Shown here piece by piece: positions 19,528-29,750 of a DNA stretch of 64,000 nt. The stretch is from Halobacteriovoraceae bacterium (GTDB lineage: Bacteria; Bdellovibrionota; Bacteriovoracia; Bacteriovoracales; Bacteriovoracaceae), in the NCBI GenBank assembly GCA_963719505.1, contig CAVRCF010000005.1, positions 1,120,001 through 1,184,000 of the forward strand, given 5' to 3'. Within the stretch, counting starts at the first letter, position 1, and every line of letters begins with the position of its first letter. Position numbers and translations under genes: made by a program. The notes under the pieces were generated by a model. The model did no database searches. It saw only the letters and a list, made by a program, of their open reading frames with translations, and was not told the origin of the DNA.

Positions 19528-20434
19528 ATGAGACCTCCACAAGTAATCCTGGGCACGTGACATTAACTTCAGTCACTGCTCCAGCCAATATATCATAAGC
19601 GATGAAATTGACTCCATCCTTTAACAAGTCCTGGGCAATCTCATCACACTCTTGCTTTAACTTTGAGTTCAGCTCTATCGATTCAAAGTGAGCACCTTGA
19701 GCGATATTTGCTAAGTAGGCACCATCCACAGGCTTTTTCAGGATACTCCCTATCTCGTGTCCATTAAGATAGAGGCTTCTTATTTCCCCTGCATAGACTT
19801 CTCTTTGAAAGGCTTGAGTGATGATAGCTCCCTCGAATTTCTCAACCTTTGATTTATAAATATCAATAAGGTTTTCAGCATCAATACCAACTTTTTCGAC
19901 TCCAATACCTGAATACAGATCTAGAGGTTTCAAGATAAGCTCTTCAATACCTTCTGATTTTAATTCGGCCACAAAGTTTTTAAAGCCACTTATAGAGCTT
20001 CCAATAAAGCTTTTTAAACTATTTTTTCTCTTGAAAGCCAGAAGCTTTTCATTGTGCTTCATAATGCCAATGGGGTTATTAACAACCGTACAGCCACTAT
20101 TGTGGGATAAAAAGTCGAGCATCCATAAATAGCGCTGGTATCTTGAGTCATAAGGAGGATCGATACGCATGTGGACAATATCAGTTCTATTTAGTGTGAT
20201 GACTTGCTTTTGCCCAAGCTCAACTTTTTCTAAATAGAAACCATCGTCTTTAAATTGTCCCGTGTAATTAAAGACCGTCATCTTAGTCTCGCCTTTTGTA
20301 TTAACACAGAAGTCTTCTTCAAAAAGAAGATAGGCTTCGTCTCCTTGTTTCATAAAACTTAGACCAATCATTAAAGAGGAATCTTTTTTAAAATTTAATT
20401 TTTCGATAGGATCAATAAATAAAATATGTCTCAC
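19478..20434 (-). CDS. gshB: Glutathione synthetase
   Basis: FIDPIEKLNFKKDSS, MRIDPPYD, NEKL, LKPLD, ANIAQG, EVNVTCPG. Confidence 0.85.
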   Translation of the reverse strand: MRHILFIDPIEKLNFKKDSSLMIGLSFMKQGDEAYLLFEEDFCVNTKGETKMTVFNYTGQFKDDGFYLEKVELGQKQVITLNRTDIVHMRIDPPYDSRYQRYLWMLDFLSHNSGCTVVNNPIGIMKHNEKLLAFKRKNSLKSFIGSSISGFKNFVAELKSEGIEELILKPLDLYSGIGVEKVGIDAENLIDIYKSKVEKFEGAIITQAFQREVYAGEIRSLYLNGHEIGSILKKPVDGAYLANIAQGAHFESIELNSKLKQECDEIAQDLLKDGVNFIAYDILAGAVTEVNVTCPGLLVEVSYALNKNMADIYAHSFQ

Positions 20435-21486
20435 TGTTTGTACCTTTTCATTAAGTAAGATTTAAACGACTTATCAATATCAGATTCGTTGTATTGTGCA
20501 TATTCTTTTTGAAGTAAGTTGAGAAATTCTTTGCCTGAAAGACTGAGATTTGACTTCATCTGTTTTAGAAAATTTTGTTGTTTTTGGTAAGTACTAAAGG
20601 CTGCAAATCGGGCGTTGTTCCAAGGAGCCATCAAAGGCCAACACTTCTTTATGCCCTGAGCATCGCAAATACTTTTTAGAGTTGGTTTAAACTTTTTGTC
20701 CATAAAGTCTTCCAAAACTTTGGCATAGTTATTGTCACGCTTATAGTGGAGATTGAGTTGCTTTGAAAGGTTAGATATGGCTTCTCTAATTTTTTCATCC
20801 TTTACTTGTTTTAAGATAAGTAAGTCAACATCCTCTTTCTTTCTCTTAAAATACGAAATCACCAAGTCTTCACTTATCACCTCAGCAAGACTTTCATTTA
20901 GAGAAATCTCTCCTTTAATAAAAAAGATTGTGTGGGTCAATTCATGAAAAATGAGTTGGGCCAATTGTTCGTCATTATAGTAAAAAAATGAGCTTAAAAT
21001 ATTGTCGTAAAACGGAGTTCGATCTAATGTACTGTAGGCGTAGACAGGTCGTATATAGGTTGAAAGATTGCGTTTTTCAAGTTCTCCAATATAGTCCCGG
21101 GCCTCATTTTTGTCGAAGAAACCTCGGTAGGGAAACTCTCCTATGAAAGGGAAAGAATGCTTGAGAGGTTTTATTTTATCTTTAGGTGATGCGATAACAA
21201 GGTATGTAACCGCTGTTCCTTCTAGAAAAGTCGTTTCTTCGTAAATAGGTTTCTCTTCCTTTTCAAAATATTCGTAGAAAAACTTTTTATACTTTTTAAT
21301 GAGTTTGATTTTTCTTTTGTGTTCTTGATCAATATTTTTATCTTTTAAGACTTCCTCATTGGACTTCCCATCCCACTCTAAAGCCACATGTCCAAGACCT
21401 TGTTTGGTCATATAAGAGAGCTCTGCACAGCTGATACAAAGACAAAAAATAAAAAGAGTCGGAATGTTCTTTACTAAAAGATCCAA
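20431..21486 (-). CDS. Putative zinc aminopeptidase lipoprotein
   Basis: Lipobox-like ISC; FPFIGEFPYRGFF, AYSTL, LIFHELTH (HExxH), NESLA. Confidence 0.8.
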   Translation of the reverse strand: MDLLVKNIPTLFIFCLCISCAELSYMTKQGLGHVALEWDGKSNEEVLKDKNIDQEHKRKIKLIKKYKKFFYEYFEKEEKPIYEETTFLEGTAVTYLVIASPKDKIKPLKHSFPFIGEFPYRGFFDKNEARDYIGELEKRNLSTYIRPVYAYSTLDRTPFYDNILSSFFYYNDEQLAQLIFHELTHTIFFIKGEISLNESLAEVISEDLVISYFKRKKEDVDLLILKQVKDEKIREAISNLSKQLNLHYKRDNNYAKVLEDFMDKKFKPTLKSICDAQGIKKCWPLMAPWNNARFAAFSTYQKQQNFLKQMKSNLSLSGKEFLNLLQKEYAQYNESDIDKSFKSYLMKRYKQ

Positions 21487-22106
21487 GAAAGACCACCGGA
21501 ATAAGTGATGTTTTGATCAGCCTTTTCAATCTCAACACCGGGAACAATAGTTCTGGCCGAAAGCGAGAGTCTCATTAATTTCGTTATTCTGATCGCGAGA
21601 GATGCTGTCGCGTAGCTTGAGTTGACGGTCTCTTCATCTCTTTCGATGGTTGCCTCAAAGTCCCCTCCACTATCGCTTAAAAGGTAAGTGGTTTCACCAG
21701 AGGTGATATATCGAGCATATCCAATTGATAGAGAAGGAATAAAAGTTGATTTTCTAGAAGCAAAAGCCTGCCTTATCCCAACTCCTTGAGTAACTGTTTT
21801 AATTTTGGAATCTGTATTTTTAATAGTAATGGCACCACTATTTGCTGTTGTTGATCGTGAATCTTCAATTCTTTCTTCAGACTCAGCGTAATTGAGCTCG
21901 ATGGCCGTCGTCTCCCATATGTACCAAGCCCAGTTCACATTAAAGCCTCGTGTTGTAGACTGAGCCTCTCCTAAATCTGGGTCAATCTCACCTTCTGAAT
22001 CTGTCGCCTCTACTCTTCGAGTTGAATAAGAGAATCCTAGTTGAAGATCGACATAAGCATGCGCGCAATTAACGAGACACAATATTCCTAGGATGATTTT
22101 CAGCAT
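21474..22106 (-). CDS. Outer-membrane beta-barrel protein (small, 8-strand type)
   Basis: Signal peptide (AHA); amphipathic strands; C-terminal YSGGLSWIF beta-signal. Confidence 0.75.
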   Translation of the reverse strand: MLKIILGILCLVNCAHAYVDLQLGFSYSTRRVEATDSEGEIDPDLGEAQSTTRGFNVNWAWYIWETTAIELNYAESEERIEDSRSTTANSGAITIKNTDSKIKTVTQGVGIRQAFASRKSTFIPSLSIGYARYITSGETTYLLSDSGGDFEATIERDEETVNSSYATASLAIRITKLMRLSLSARTIVPGVEIEKADQNITYSGGLSWIF

Positions 22107-22473
22107 ACGACTTCCTTGTCAAAATAAATAAACTAACACTAAGACCAACTACTGCTAAAACAGCCTTGAGAGTCAAAACGATATTGGCCCAAATAAGCGT
22201 CGATCCAATGGACAACCAAATAAGACTTATGGCCAAAATTTTTGCTCTGGGTCTTATGACCTTGTGGTTTTCCCATTCTATTATAGCAGATCCAAAGTAA
22301 GGTAAGGAAGTGAGCCAAGAATGCAGCCTTTTAGAGCTTTTACTGAAGCAAAATGCTGCGAGAATCATAAAGGGCGTTGTCGGAAGAATGGGCAAGAATG
22401 CCCCTATTACACCCAACGCAAAGGAAAGGAGTCCAATAGCTGACAAAAGGTATCTAGTAGTTGATTTGATCAT
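22069..22473 (-). CDS. YbaN/DUF454 inner-membrane protein
   Basis: GAFLPILPTTPFMILAAFCFSKSS. Confidence 0.9.
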   Translation of the reverse strand: MIKSTTRYLLSAIGLLSFALGVIGAFLPILPTTPFMILAAFCFSKSSKRLHSWLTSLPYFGSAIIEWENHKVIRPRAKILAISLIWLSIGSTLIWANIVLTLKAVLAVVGLSVSLFILTRKSYAENHPRNIVSR

Positions 22474-22634
22474 GAACTTTAAGTTCCCTGCTAATAAATA
22501 AAATTGAGTAGAAACCCAAGTTTCTCTTATTTTTCACATTTTTCTTATTTGAGCAACTCAAAGCGAACCGCTTTCTCTTAGATTTATCTTGATCTAGCAA
22601 GTCGGGGTAAGAAAAACACTATGTCAGGCTTGGA

Positions 22635-24044
22635 CTAAGGGTTTTTCCCATAGTCCGCAACAATTTCACCCTGACAAGAAAGAGCTGTAGCACTAGTGAC
22701 TTTTAAATCCACCCAGTGCCATTTATAATCTTGCCCCTGTGATTCAGGCTTAAAGTGAATAATTCGAAAACAATTGGAACGCCCTTTCCATTTGAGCTCC
22801 CCTTTCATTGTTCCAGAACCTTCAACGAGAACTCGATAGGTCTTTCCAACCATTTGAGCTCTCACTTGTGCTTGGAGCTCCAACTGTTTGGACTGTATCT
22901 CTCTTAACCTTCTTCCTCTAATGTCTTTTGTTAGGACATCATCCATTTTGGCAGACTTTGTTCCAGGTCTTGAAGAATAATTATAAGAGTAGATAAAATC
23001 GTATTTCGCTTTCTCTAAAAGCTCAAGCGTCGCTCGATGCTCATCTTCGGTCTCGTTGGGAAAGCCTGCGATGATATCGGTTGAGATAACAATATCGGGA
23101 TTTGCTTGTCTAATCTTATCAAGCCTCTCTAGGTAATGCTCGATCGAGTATTCACGAAGCATTCTTTGCAAAACAGTATTAGAGCCGGACTGAACGGGAA
23201 GATGAAGGTGATTGGCCAGCTTCTTACTTTTGCCGTGAACAGCGATAAGTTCATCAGAGATATCATAGGGATGAGAAGTTGTGTATCGGATGATTTTTAG
23301 CTCTTCAATTTTCTCAAGCTCCATAATAAGTTCGGCCAAGGACTCTCCATTTTTCTTTCCAAAGGAATTCACATTTTGGCCTAAAAGTGTCACTTCTTGA
23401 ATTCCCTGATGCACGCACAACCTTGCCACATCGTTGACGATCTCAGAGATGGTCCTAGACTTCTCCCTTCCTCTTGTGAAGGGAACGATACAGTAGGAGC
23501 AAAATTTATCGCAACCTTTGATGATATTAACGAACGCCTGAGGAGTGCCGTGATCTATTTTTGTCTCTATTGAATAGTCAGCTGATTTATCCCAGCTTGT
23601 AACGGAGAACTTTTTGTCCCCAGCATAAGCTCTGTAAACCATCTCTCCGATATTATCAATAACGTCTGTACCAAAAGCGAAGTCCAGTTGTTTGTATTTT
23701 TTCAGAAGTTCTTTAGATTCTGTTTGAGCAATACAACCTGCTGCTGCAATTTTTACTTCTCTTTGCTCTTTATCATGTTTAGCCCCACCAAGATGAGAAT
23801 AAAATTTTTGATTGGCCAAATCCCTAATAGCACAAGTATTAAAGACCATAAAATCTGCATCCTCTTGCTTTTCAGTGAGAGAAAAGTTTAAGGGTTTAAG
23901 ATGGGCCACCATCCTTTCAGTGTCATGGTAATTCATCTGGCAGCCGTAGGTTTTCACCCACATTTTACGAGGAGGAAATTCGATATCTCCGACAAGCTTG
24001 CTTCCGTTATCAAGATCTTTGATATCATTTAAATCGACATTCAT
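22635..24044 (-). CDS. miaB: tRNA-2-methylthio-N6-dimethylallyladenosine synthase
   Basis: TYGCQMN, NTCAIR, GCIAQ, radical SAM CDKFCSYC, HLPVQSGS, C-terminal TRAM. Confidence 0.95.
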   Translation of the reverse strand: MNVDLNDIKDLDNGSKLVGDIEFPPRKMWVKTYGCQMNYHDTERMVAHLKPLNFSLTEKQEDADFMVFNTCAIRDLANQKFYSHLGGAKHDKEQREVKIAAAGCIAQTESKELLKKYKQLDFAFGTDVIDNIGEMVYRAYAGDKKFSVTSWDKSADYSIETKIDHGTPQAFVNIIKGCDKFCSYCIVPFTRGREKSRTISEIVNDVARLCVHQGIQEVTLLGQNVNSFGKKNGESLAELIMELEKIEELKIIRYTTSHPYDISDELIAVHGKSKKLANHLHLPVQSGSNTVLQRMLREYSIEHYLERLDKIRQANPDIVISTDIIAGFPNETEDEHRATLELLEKAKYDFIYSYNYSSRPGTKSAKMDDVLTKDIRGRRLREIQSKQLELQAQVRAQMVGKTYRVLVEGSGTMKGELKWKGRSNCFRIIHFKPESQGQDYKWHWVDLKVTSATALSCQGEIVADYGKNP

Positions 24045-24351
24045 AAGTTCACCCTATTTATTGGTTCTTACGGTTAGTAGGAAATGGTTAAAGAATGATT
24101 CTTAGCAAAATAATCTTACTTCTACAAGAGTCCATTTGTGGAGAAAGCTTCCTATCTTATTGAATTTGAACAATGATTAACCAAACAGCCCTGCGCTCCC
24201 CCAGGGTTAATACCTGACCAATCGTCCCTTTCCCCCATCTTAATGCGTCTTACAAAAGATTGAGAGGAAACCTTTTTTCACTTATTTGCTGCTTATTGAT
24301 TTACAAATTTCTCTTTTTATTTAAAATAGACTCAAACGGGAAGGAGAAGTT

Positions 24352-24789
24352 ATGTCACTAAAAGATGCTCTATTAAAAGCTGGTTTGAAATCATCAAAAG
24401 TTACCAATGAACGACAAGCTAAATATAAAACTGACAAAACTAAAGTTGAAAAACATCAAGAAAAAAGAGACTTCTGTGAAGTTTGTGAAGCTGTTCAACC
24501 CGATGTTGAAAGATTTAAACATAAGAATCCAAGGGTAGACGCTCAGTGGATCTGTGTTAACTGTGCCGATAAAAATGAAATACACGATAAATTTAGAGTG
24601 ACTCATCAAAGTGACTTTGCCAAACAAGGTCGCTATCAAAGATTCTATGGACCGACAGAAAAAATCGGTGGAAACGAATGGCGGGCAAAGCCTGAAAAAC
24701 CAAAGTATCAAAAAGAAACTAGTAAAGAAGAAAATAAATCAAGAAAGTATGTTGTCGATGAAGATGGTGAGAAAAACTTTAACTGCTAA
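24352..24789 (+). CDS. Basic hypothetical protein with CxxC...CxxC zinc ribbon
   Basis: CEVC and CVNC; AGGAG RBS. Confidence 0.75.
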   Translation: MSLKDALLKAGLKSSKVTNERQAKYKTDKTKVEKHQEKRDFCEVCEAVQPDVERFKHKNPRVDAQWICVNCADKNEIHDKFRVTHQSDFAKQGRYQRFYGPTEKIGGNEWRAKPEKPKYQKETSKEENKSRKYVVDEDGEKNFNC

Positions 24790-25309
24790 AAATTATTTTA
24801 TATCTTCTTGAGACGACCCCAGTATCGGGTTGGGTAACTCTATCGATGAGGACACCGTTATTTTTTTCTATTGTCCTTATCGATCCTTGATTTGTATCAT
24901 CGCAAGTAAGAAGCACTTCTTTTAGACCGAGATCACTTCTAGCAATTTCCAAAGACTTTTTTAAAATCTCTGAAGCCACCCCCTTATTTCTATGCTCAGG
25001 TATGACCCCATAACCGATATGCCCACCGAAGGTTTCAAGCTGGGGGGTTAGAAAGTGACGAATCGATACTCTTCCCAGTATTTCTTTCGTTTCACTAAAA
25101 GCGAATAGAAAAGTACAAGGGACATGTCCTTGGTCTATCCCAACTCCTCTAGCAAGCGGAGGAAGAAAATCAATAAGTTTTTCACAGTCGCGTCCAAGAA
25201 GGGAATCAAAATAGTGCACAAATCCCCACTCCAAAGACCAAGGATGGAGGCAAGCTTTCTTTAGCTCCTCTAAATCAGATAAACTTGGATAGCGAAGCTG
25301 TATGTTCAT
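24779..25309 (-). CDS. GNAT family N-acetyltransferase
   Basis: GGHIGYGVIPEHRNKGVA, LTCDDTNQGSIRTIEKNNG. Confidence 0.9.
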   Translation of the reverse strand: MNIQLRYPSLSDLEELKKACLHPWSLEWGFVHYFDSLLGRDCEKLIDFLPPLARGVGIDQGHVPCTFLFAFSETKEILGRVSIRHFLTPQLETFGGHIGYGVIPEHRNKGVASEILKKSLEIARSDLGLKEVLLTCDDTNQGSIRTIEKNNGVLIDRVTQPDTGVVSRRYKIIFSS

Positions 25310-25914
25310 AGGTTATAGTGAACAACACTGTAATAGAAAATAAGATTAAAAATGAAGTGAAGTAAAATGGGTTCTAAAATGGAGCCCGACTTAAACTTGG
25401 CTTTAGAACAAATCCATCCCAAGATAAAAGTATAACCGATTTGAAAATAGATAAAGGAATGAAAGTCCTCCGGAAGAACACTCAAAGCTTTTCCATGAGA
25501 GAGACTAAAGAGTAATCCATTAAAAATAAAGAGAATGTTTTTATTTGGAATAATAAGCTTAAACGGCTCAAAAAGAGCAAAGCGGAAAACGAGTTCCTCA
25601 ACAATCGGAGCCAAAATTAAAATTTGGATAAAAAGATTGTCCACATACCGAAAAGGAGAAAGGAGATTTAACTGCAAGCTTGTAAAAATTGCGATGAAGG
25701 CCACGGCACTAATGGCCAAAACCCTTGGCAACATCCCTTTTGTAAGTCTCAAACTCATTTTGGGTTTATGAATCAAATAGACCCCAAAAGCAAAGAGAAG
25801 ATCAAAGACGTAAGTAACTGAGATTGACGATTCCCACTGAATCGAGTCCCAAGGTAAAAACCAAGAGAGAGAAAAATAGACTATGGGATAAAGAAAAACG
25901 AGATAGTACTTCAT
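25306..25914 (-). CDS. CPBP (CAAX/Abi) intramembrane metalloprotease
   Basis: APIVEELVFR, FSLSH, LHFIFN. Confidence 0.88.
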   Translation of the reverse strand: MKYYLVFLYPIVYFSLSWFLPWDSIQWESSISVTYVFDLLFAFGVYLIHKPKMSLRLTKGMLPRVLAISAVAFIAIFTSLQLNLLSPFRYVDNLFIQILILAPIVEELVFRFALFEPFKLIIPNKNILFIFNGLLFSLSHGKALSVLPEDFHSFIYFQIGYTFILGWICSKAKFKSGSILEPILLHFIFNLIFYYSVVHYNL

Positions 25915-26468
25915 CTAATCCCTTTTCTTTTCATCATGAAAAGTTGAACGATGAAAAAGAGAATCGTCACTAAATAAAAACCAGCGGTTTTAAAAAAGAG
26001 CCATTTTTCTGTCGAAAGAAAAAGACTTATGGGGATCATGAACAAACCATAAGAGATTAAAAAAATAGACATATTTTTTTCCAAATAGCGGACAAGACTA
26101 TCAGGTAGATTTTTTGAATTCATCTCCTGCATCATTTCAATCATAAGACTGTCTCCTCTGAGATGTCGATATAATAAATACCCTCCCATCAAGACTCCAG
26201 TAAAGGTGGGTTGAAGCTTAAACCAAATTCCCTCATTTGCGAAAAATGAAATACCACCAAGGATAATAATCAGATAAAAGTTAAGCTTGGAGATTGTGTG
26301 AATATGTCTTGTAAAAATCCACTCTGCACTCATCTCAACGACAGCAAGAATCCCACCACCGATAAGAGCCGTTTTTAAATCATAATTCGCTTCAAGATAC
26401 CAGTAAGCGATCGCTGGTAAAAAGGAGAACCATAGAAATTTATTACTTGTTGGTTTTGATGTCGTCAT
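25911..26468 (-). CDS. YciB/IspZ family inner-membrane septation protein
   Basis: LGGISF..NEGIWFKLQPT, STEKWLFFK; multiple TMs. Confidence 0.75.
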   Translation of the reverse strand: MTTSKPTSNKFLWFSFLPAIAYWYLEANYDLKTALIGGGILAVVEMSAEWIFTRHIHTISKLNFYLIIILGGISFFANEGIWFKLQPTFTGVLMGGYLLYRHLRGDSLMIEMMQEMNSKNLPDSLVRYLEKNMSIFLISYGLFMIPISLFLSTEKWLFFKTAGFYLVTILFFIVQLFMMKRKGIR

Positions 26469-26474
26469 TGCCCA

Positions 26475-27452
26475 CTAGGCTAACTTTTTTAACTTGTCTT
26501 CGCAATATTTGAGGTAGTCTTTTTTAAATGATGTTGGGTCAAGAATTTCAACATCTGCTCCCAGCTCAAATAGCCAGTGGAATATCTCAATATTAGACTC
26601 AACGCTCGCCCCCCAGATAAGATCCCCCTCTGGGTTTGATATCATTGCTGGGTTGCCTAAAAAGTTTCGCGGTATCGTATTCTCAAAACTTGCTAAGGCG
26701 TGTATTTTTAAAACAAGCCTCGTCTCACTCTCAGAGATACTTCGAATACTGCTGATGAAATCATCTACTTCTAATTTACTATGAGTCGGTTGCCAAGCTT
26801 CATCTAAATCACAAAGGTTTTGTATATATTCGACTGGTATATTTTGAAGTGATTGATCACTGAGATCCTCACCAATAACGCAAAGATCCCCCTCAAGATA
26901 GATAAGTCTGTGAGGAAATAAACTGACCACACTCTTTTGTGTCTTAATATCTAAAAGGTCTTTGGACAATATTGACTCTTCTATAAAACTGATGATCTCA
27001 TTTGTGTGAATTCGCGACTCGGACGCTAACCCCATAGTCCGTTTCTCAAGCACGGCATCCATCTTCTGAACAGGTTGAAACAGATCTCGATCTGAAAACT
27101 GATCTTCATAACTGGCAAGAAGCGTTTTAAAGTTTTCATGAAATGGTTCGCCCTGTGCTTTTTCGAGATGGGGAAAATGTGCTTGAAATTCTAACCAGCC
27201 ATAGAGATCCAAAGAGATATCAAACTTAGGCTTTACAGCTGGTGGTGTTAAAAGCTTATTTCCATCACCATCTGAAGAGACCTCAAAGGTATAATTGAGA
27301 TCATTGAGAAGGGTCAAATAAGTCGTTAGAGTTCGAGGTGGAATCTCTAGCGCCTGTGCTACCTTTATGGCTTCTTGAGGGTGATCAAGCTCAATAAGCT
27401 TTTTTAAACAATTCCAAAATTCTTTACTGTGTACAATTGAGCTTTTACTCAT
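26475..27452 (-). CDS. WYL-domain transcriptional regulator (wHTH-WYL-WCX)
   Basis: N-terminal HTH (VAQALEIPPRTL), PHRLIYLEGDLCVIGED, WLFELGADVEILDP. Confidence 0.75.
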   Translation of the reverse strand: MSKSSIVHSKEFWNCLKKLIELDHPQEAIKVAQALEIPPRTLTTYLTLLNDLNYTFEVSSDGDGNKLLTPPAVKPKFDISLDLYGWLEFQAHFPHLEKAQGEPFHENFKTLLASYEDQFSDRDLFQPVQKMDAVLEKRTMGLASESRIHTNEIISFIEESILSKDLLDIKTQKSVVSLFPHRLIYLEGDLCVIGEDLSDQSLQNIPVEYIQNLCDLDEAWQPTHSKLEVDDFISSIRSISESETRLVLKIHALASFENTIPRNFLGNPAMISNPEGDLIWGASVESNIEIFHWLFELGADVEILDPTSFKKDYLKYCEDKLKKLA

Positions 27453-27491
27453 GAACCCTCTTTTCTTATCATTTGTAGTACCTGACTATAC

Positions 27492-27518
27492 TTATCGGGA
27501 ATGACCTTTAAAACTTTA
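27492..27518 (-). promoter_or_regulatory. sigma28 promoter upstream of the WYL gene
   Basis: Minus strand TAAA-N15-CCCGATAA. Confidence 0.75.
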
Positions 27519-27553
27519 GTGCTTTTTATCAAGAAAAAGGGCATAATAAAGGC

Positions 27554-28090
27554 ATGTTTGCGAGAAATACAATGAAATATCCAGTACTTGTCATGGGACT
27601 AATAATGTTCGGGATTTTTCTGTCTCAGGAAACGACCCAAAAGTGGTGGTCTAAACAGATGGCCCGCTATATTCCAAGTACATGTTCAGCAGTAAAAGAT
27701 AGAGTCATGAAAAAGGCCCCTTCATCTTGGTCAATTGAATGTGAGGGCACAAACTTTTTAAGGCTTACTGTACCTTTTGAAAAAGAATTAAAAGATCCTA
27801 AGAATCTTAGGATTGCTATGTATAGAGAGCTTGCTAACCTCTACGCTCAATTCGCCAACAATGCCAACGTGGCCATGAAATACGTTGAAGACAAAAAAGT
27901 TAAAGTCTATAACGAGATTGAAACTCTCGAGCATCTTAAAAATATTCAGATTATTATGAAGAGTAAAAATCTAGAGATTATCTCTCAATCAGATGGACAA
28001 GCTGTTGCGAGATTTATCGATTTAAAAAGAAAAAGTGAAATTGCAGAACATCTAAAGCTTACAGTCAAAGTGAGCGAGAAAAAGATCTAA
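27554..28090 (+). CDS. Hypothetical membrane-anchored protein
   Basis: N-terminal hydrophobic segment and a Cys pair. Confidence 0.7.
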   Translation: MFARNTMKYPVLVMGLIMFGIFLSQETTQKWWSKQMARYIPSTCSAVKDRVMKKAPSSWSIECEGTNFLRLTVPFEKELKDPKNLRIAMYRELANLYAQFANNANVAMKYVEDKKVKVYNEIETLEHLKNIQIIMKSKNLEIISQSDGQAVARFIDLKRKSEIAEHLKLTVKVSEKKI

Positions 28091-28921
28091 GTAATTATCA
28101 TCGACACAGTCATAGAATATCTCATTAAATTCAAACTTGTATCTATAGCAGTGAAGCCAAAGCCGGGTTGAAGCCCCACCATCATACAAGGTATCTCCCA
28201 CGATGGGAAAGCCTGCAAGAGAGAGCTGGGCACGAATTTGATGACGTCTTCCCTCTTTTAATGAAACTCGAACAAGAGACTCATTGATCTTTCCATTGTA
28301 GTCGAGCTGCTCAATATCAATTTTACTTTTTTGACCATCCAGTGATTCTTTGATTTTTGAACCTTTTGGACCGCTTGCCTTTAAGTTGTGGCTTAGTGAG
28401 CATGATTCTAAGTTCCCATGCACGCGCGCGAGATACTCTTTTGTTTTAACAATTGAGTTAAATTGCTCTCGCAAAGAGTCATATACTCTATCGTTTTTTG
28501 CCAGATAAAGGAGGCCACTGGTCTCCCGATCTAATCTATAAAGAGCCCCTCGATCCATATTGTTTTTATTCACATTGCCAGCAACATGAGAGCGTGAATT
28601 GAGGAAACTAATGATATTATCTGATTCAGAGTACTTTAACGGATGAGTATGAATTCCTGGCGGCTTAGAGAGAATGATAAAGTTATTATCTTCAAAAAGA
28701 ACTTTGGGAACCTCGCCGTAAAATACGGGATTCGTTAACCCTAAATTGATAAGGTCTATAGGTAATGAAACTTCATCCCTACTTCTCATTTCTTTGGAAA
28801 GATAATTTTTAGGTAATTTAAATTTCTTAACTGCAGATCGTGAAAGTCCAAAGATCTCTATCAGGCAAACATCAAGGCTTGGATACTCTTTAAGAAGGCA
28901 AAATTCAATCGTCTGATTCAC
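28052..28921 (-). CDS. RluA-family RNA pseudouridine synthase
   Basis: KPPGIHTH, YRLDRETSG (catalytic Asp), GRRHQIR, PIVGDTLY; probable GTG start. Confidence 0.88.
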   Translation of the reverse strand: MNQTIEFCLLKEYPSLDVCLIEIFGLSRSAVKKFKLPKNYLSKEMRSRDEVSLPIDLINLGLTNPVFYGEVPKVLFEDNNFIILSKPPGIHTHPLKYSESDNIISFLNSRSHVAGNVNKNNMDRGALYRLDRETSGLLYLAKNDRVYDSLREQFNSIVKTKEYLARVHGNLESCSLSHNLKASGPKGSKIKESLDGQKSKIDIEQLDYNGKINESLVRVSLKEGRRHQIRAQLSLAGFPIVGDTLYDGGASTRLWLHCYRYKFEFNEIFYDCVDDNYLDLFLAHFDCKL

Positions 28922-28931
28922 TTTGATACCT

Positions 28932-29738
28932 TTATCTTGAGTTTGCTTTCTTACCTTCCGTTCGAAGATCAATTTTTCTCAATATAAATTCGACTTTTCT
29001 ATTTACTTGATTATCTTTTGCCCTTGAATCTCCATAAAAGACGGTTGTCACTTTTGAAGGCCGAACACCTTTTTGGATCAAGGCTTTAGTCACCTCAAAA
29101 GCTCGCTTAGAACTCAACTCCCATGCGCTAAGACCCTCTTTTGAAGTCTCACCTCTATCTGAATAGCCTTCAACAAAAAGAGTCCAATCATTGTCTTTCA
29201 TAAGCTTTATCGTTTTTTGTAAAACGGGAACGATCGAAGTGTCATCCATTTTTGTGGATCCGTCTCTAAAAACAATTTGATCTTTGATTCTAATCTTTAC
29301 CCCTTCACTCATTTGATAAATATCAACTGAGTCGGAAAGATCGTATTGGCCTAACGTCTCTTGCATTTGTGCAAGATCTTCATCAGACTCTCTATTAATT
29401 TCATACTTGTCTAAAATGCCTTCTGTAGTCAAAAGGTCTATTGGATAGGGCTCAACAGGTTGTTGAGACTCAATCATCGTTGGTGAATCGTCAGGAGACT
29501 TTCCTAGTTGAATCGTCTCTCCAATTTGCATCGCGTTTCCAGCAAAAGCTTTTCTAATAGATCCTGCAACTGAATTAAATTTAGAAACTTCCGTCTTACT
29601 CATTGCATAGAGTAAAACAAAAAACGTCAAAAGAAGCGTTACTAAATCTGAAAATGTCGCCATCCATTCTGGTGCACCTTGTTTACATTCTGGTATCGGT
29701 GGACACTCTGGACATTCATTTTTATCGTCGTCAGCCAT
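28932..29738 (-). CDS. motB: Flagellar stator B subunit (MotB/PomB)
   Basis: WMATFSDLVTLLLTFFVLL; OmpA-like C-terminus (WELSSKRA, NRKVEF). Confidence 0.92.
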   Translation of the reverse strand: MADDDKNECPECPPIPECKQGAPEWMATFSDLVTLLLTFFVLLYAMSKTEVSKFNSVAGSIRKAFAGNAMQIGETIQLGKSPDDSPTMIESQQPVEPYPIDLLTTEGILDKYEINRESDEDLAQMQETLGQYDLSDSVDIYQMSEGVKIRIKDQIVFRDGSTKMDDTSIVPVLQKTIKLMKDNDWTLFVEGYSDRGETSKEGLSAWELSSKRAFEVTKALIQKGVRPSKVTTVFYGDSRAKDNQVNRKVEFILRKIDLRTEGKKANSR

Positions 29739-29750
29739 GACTAATCCTTT

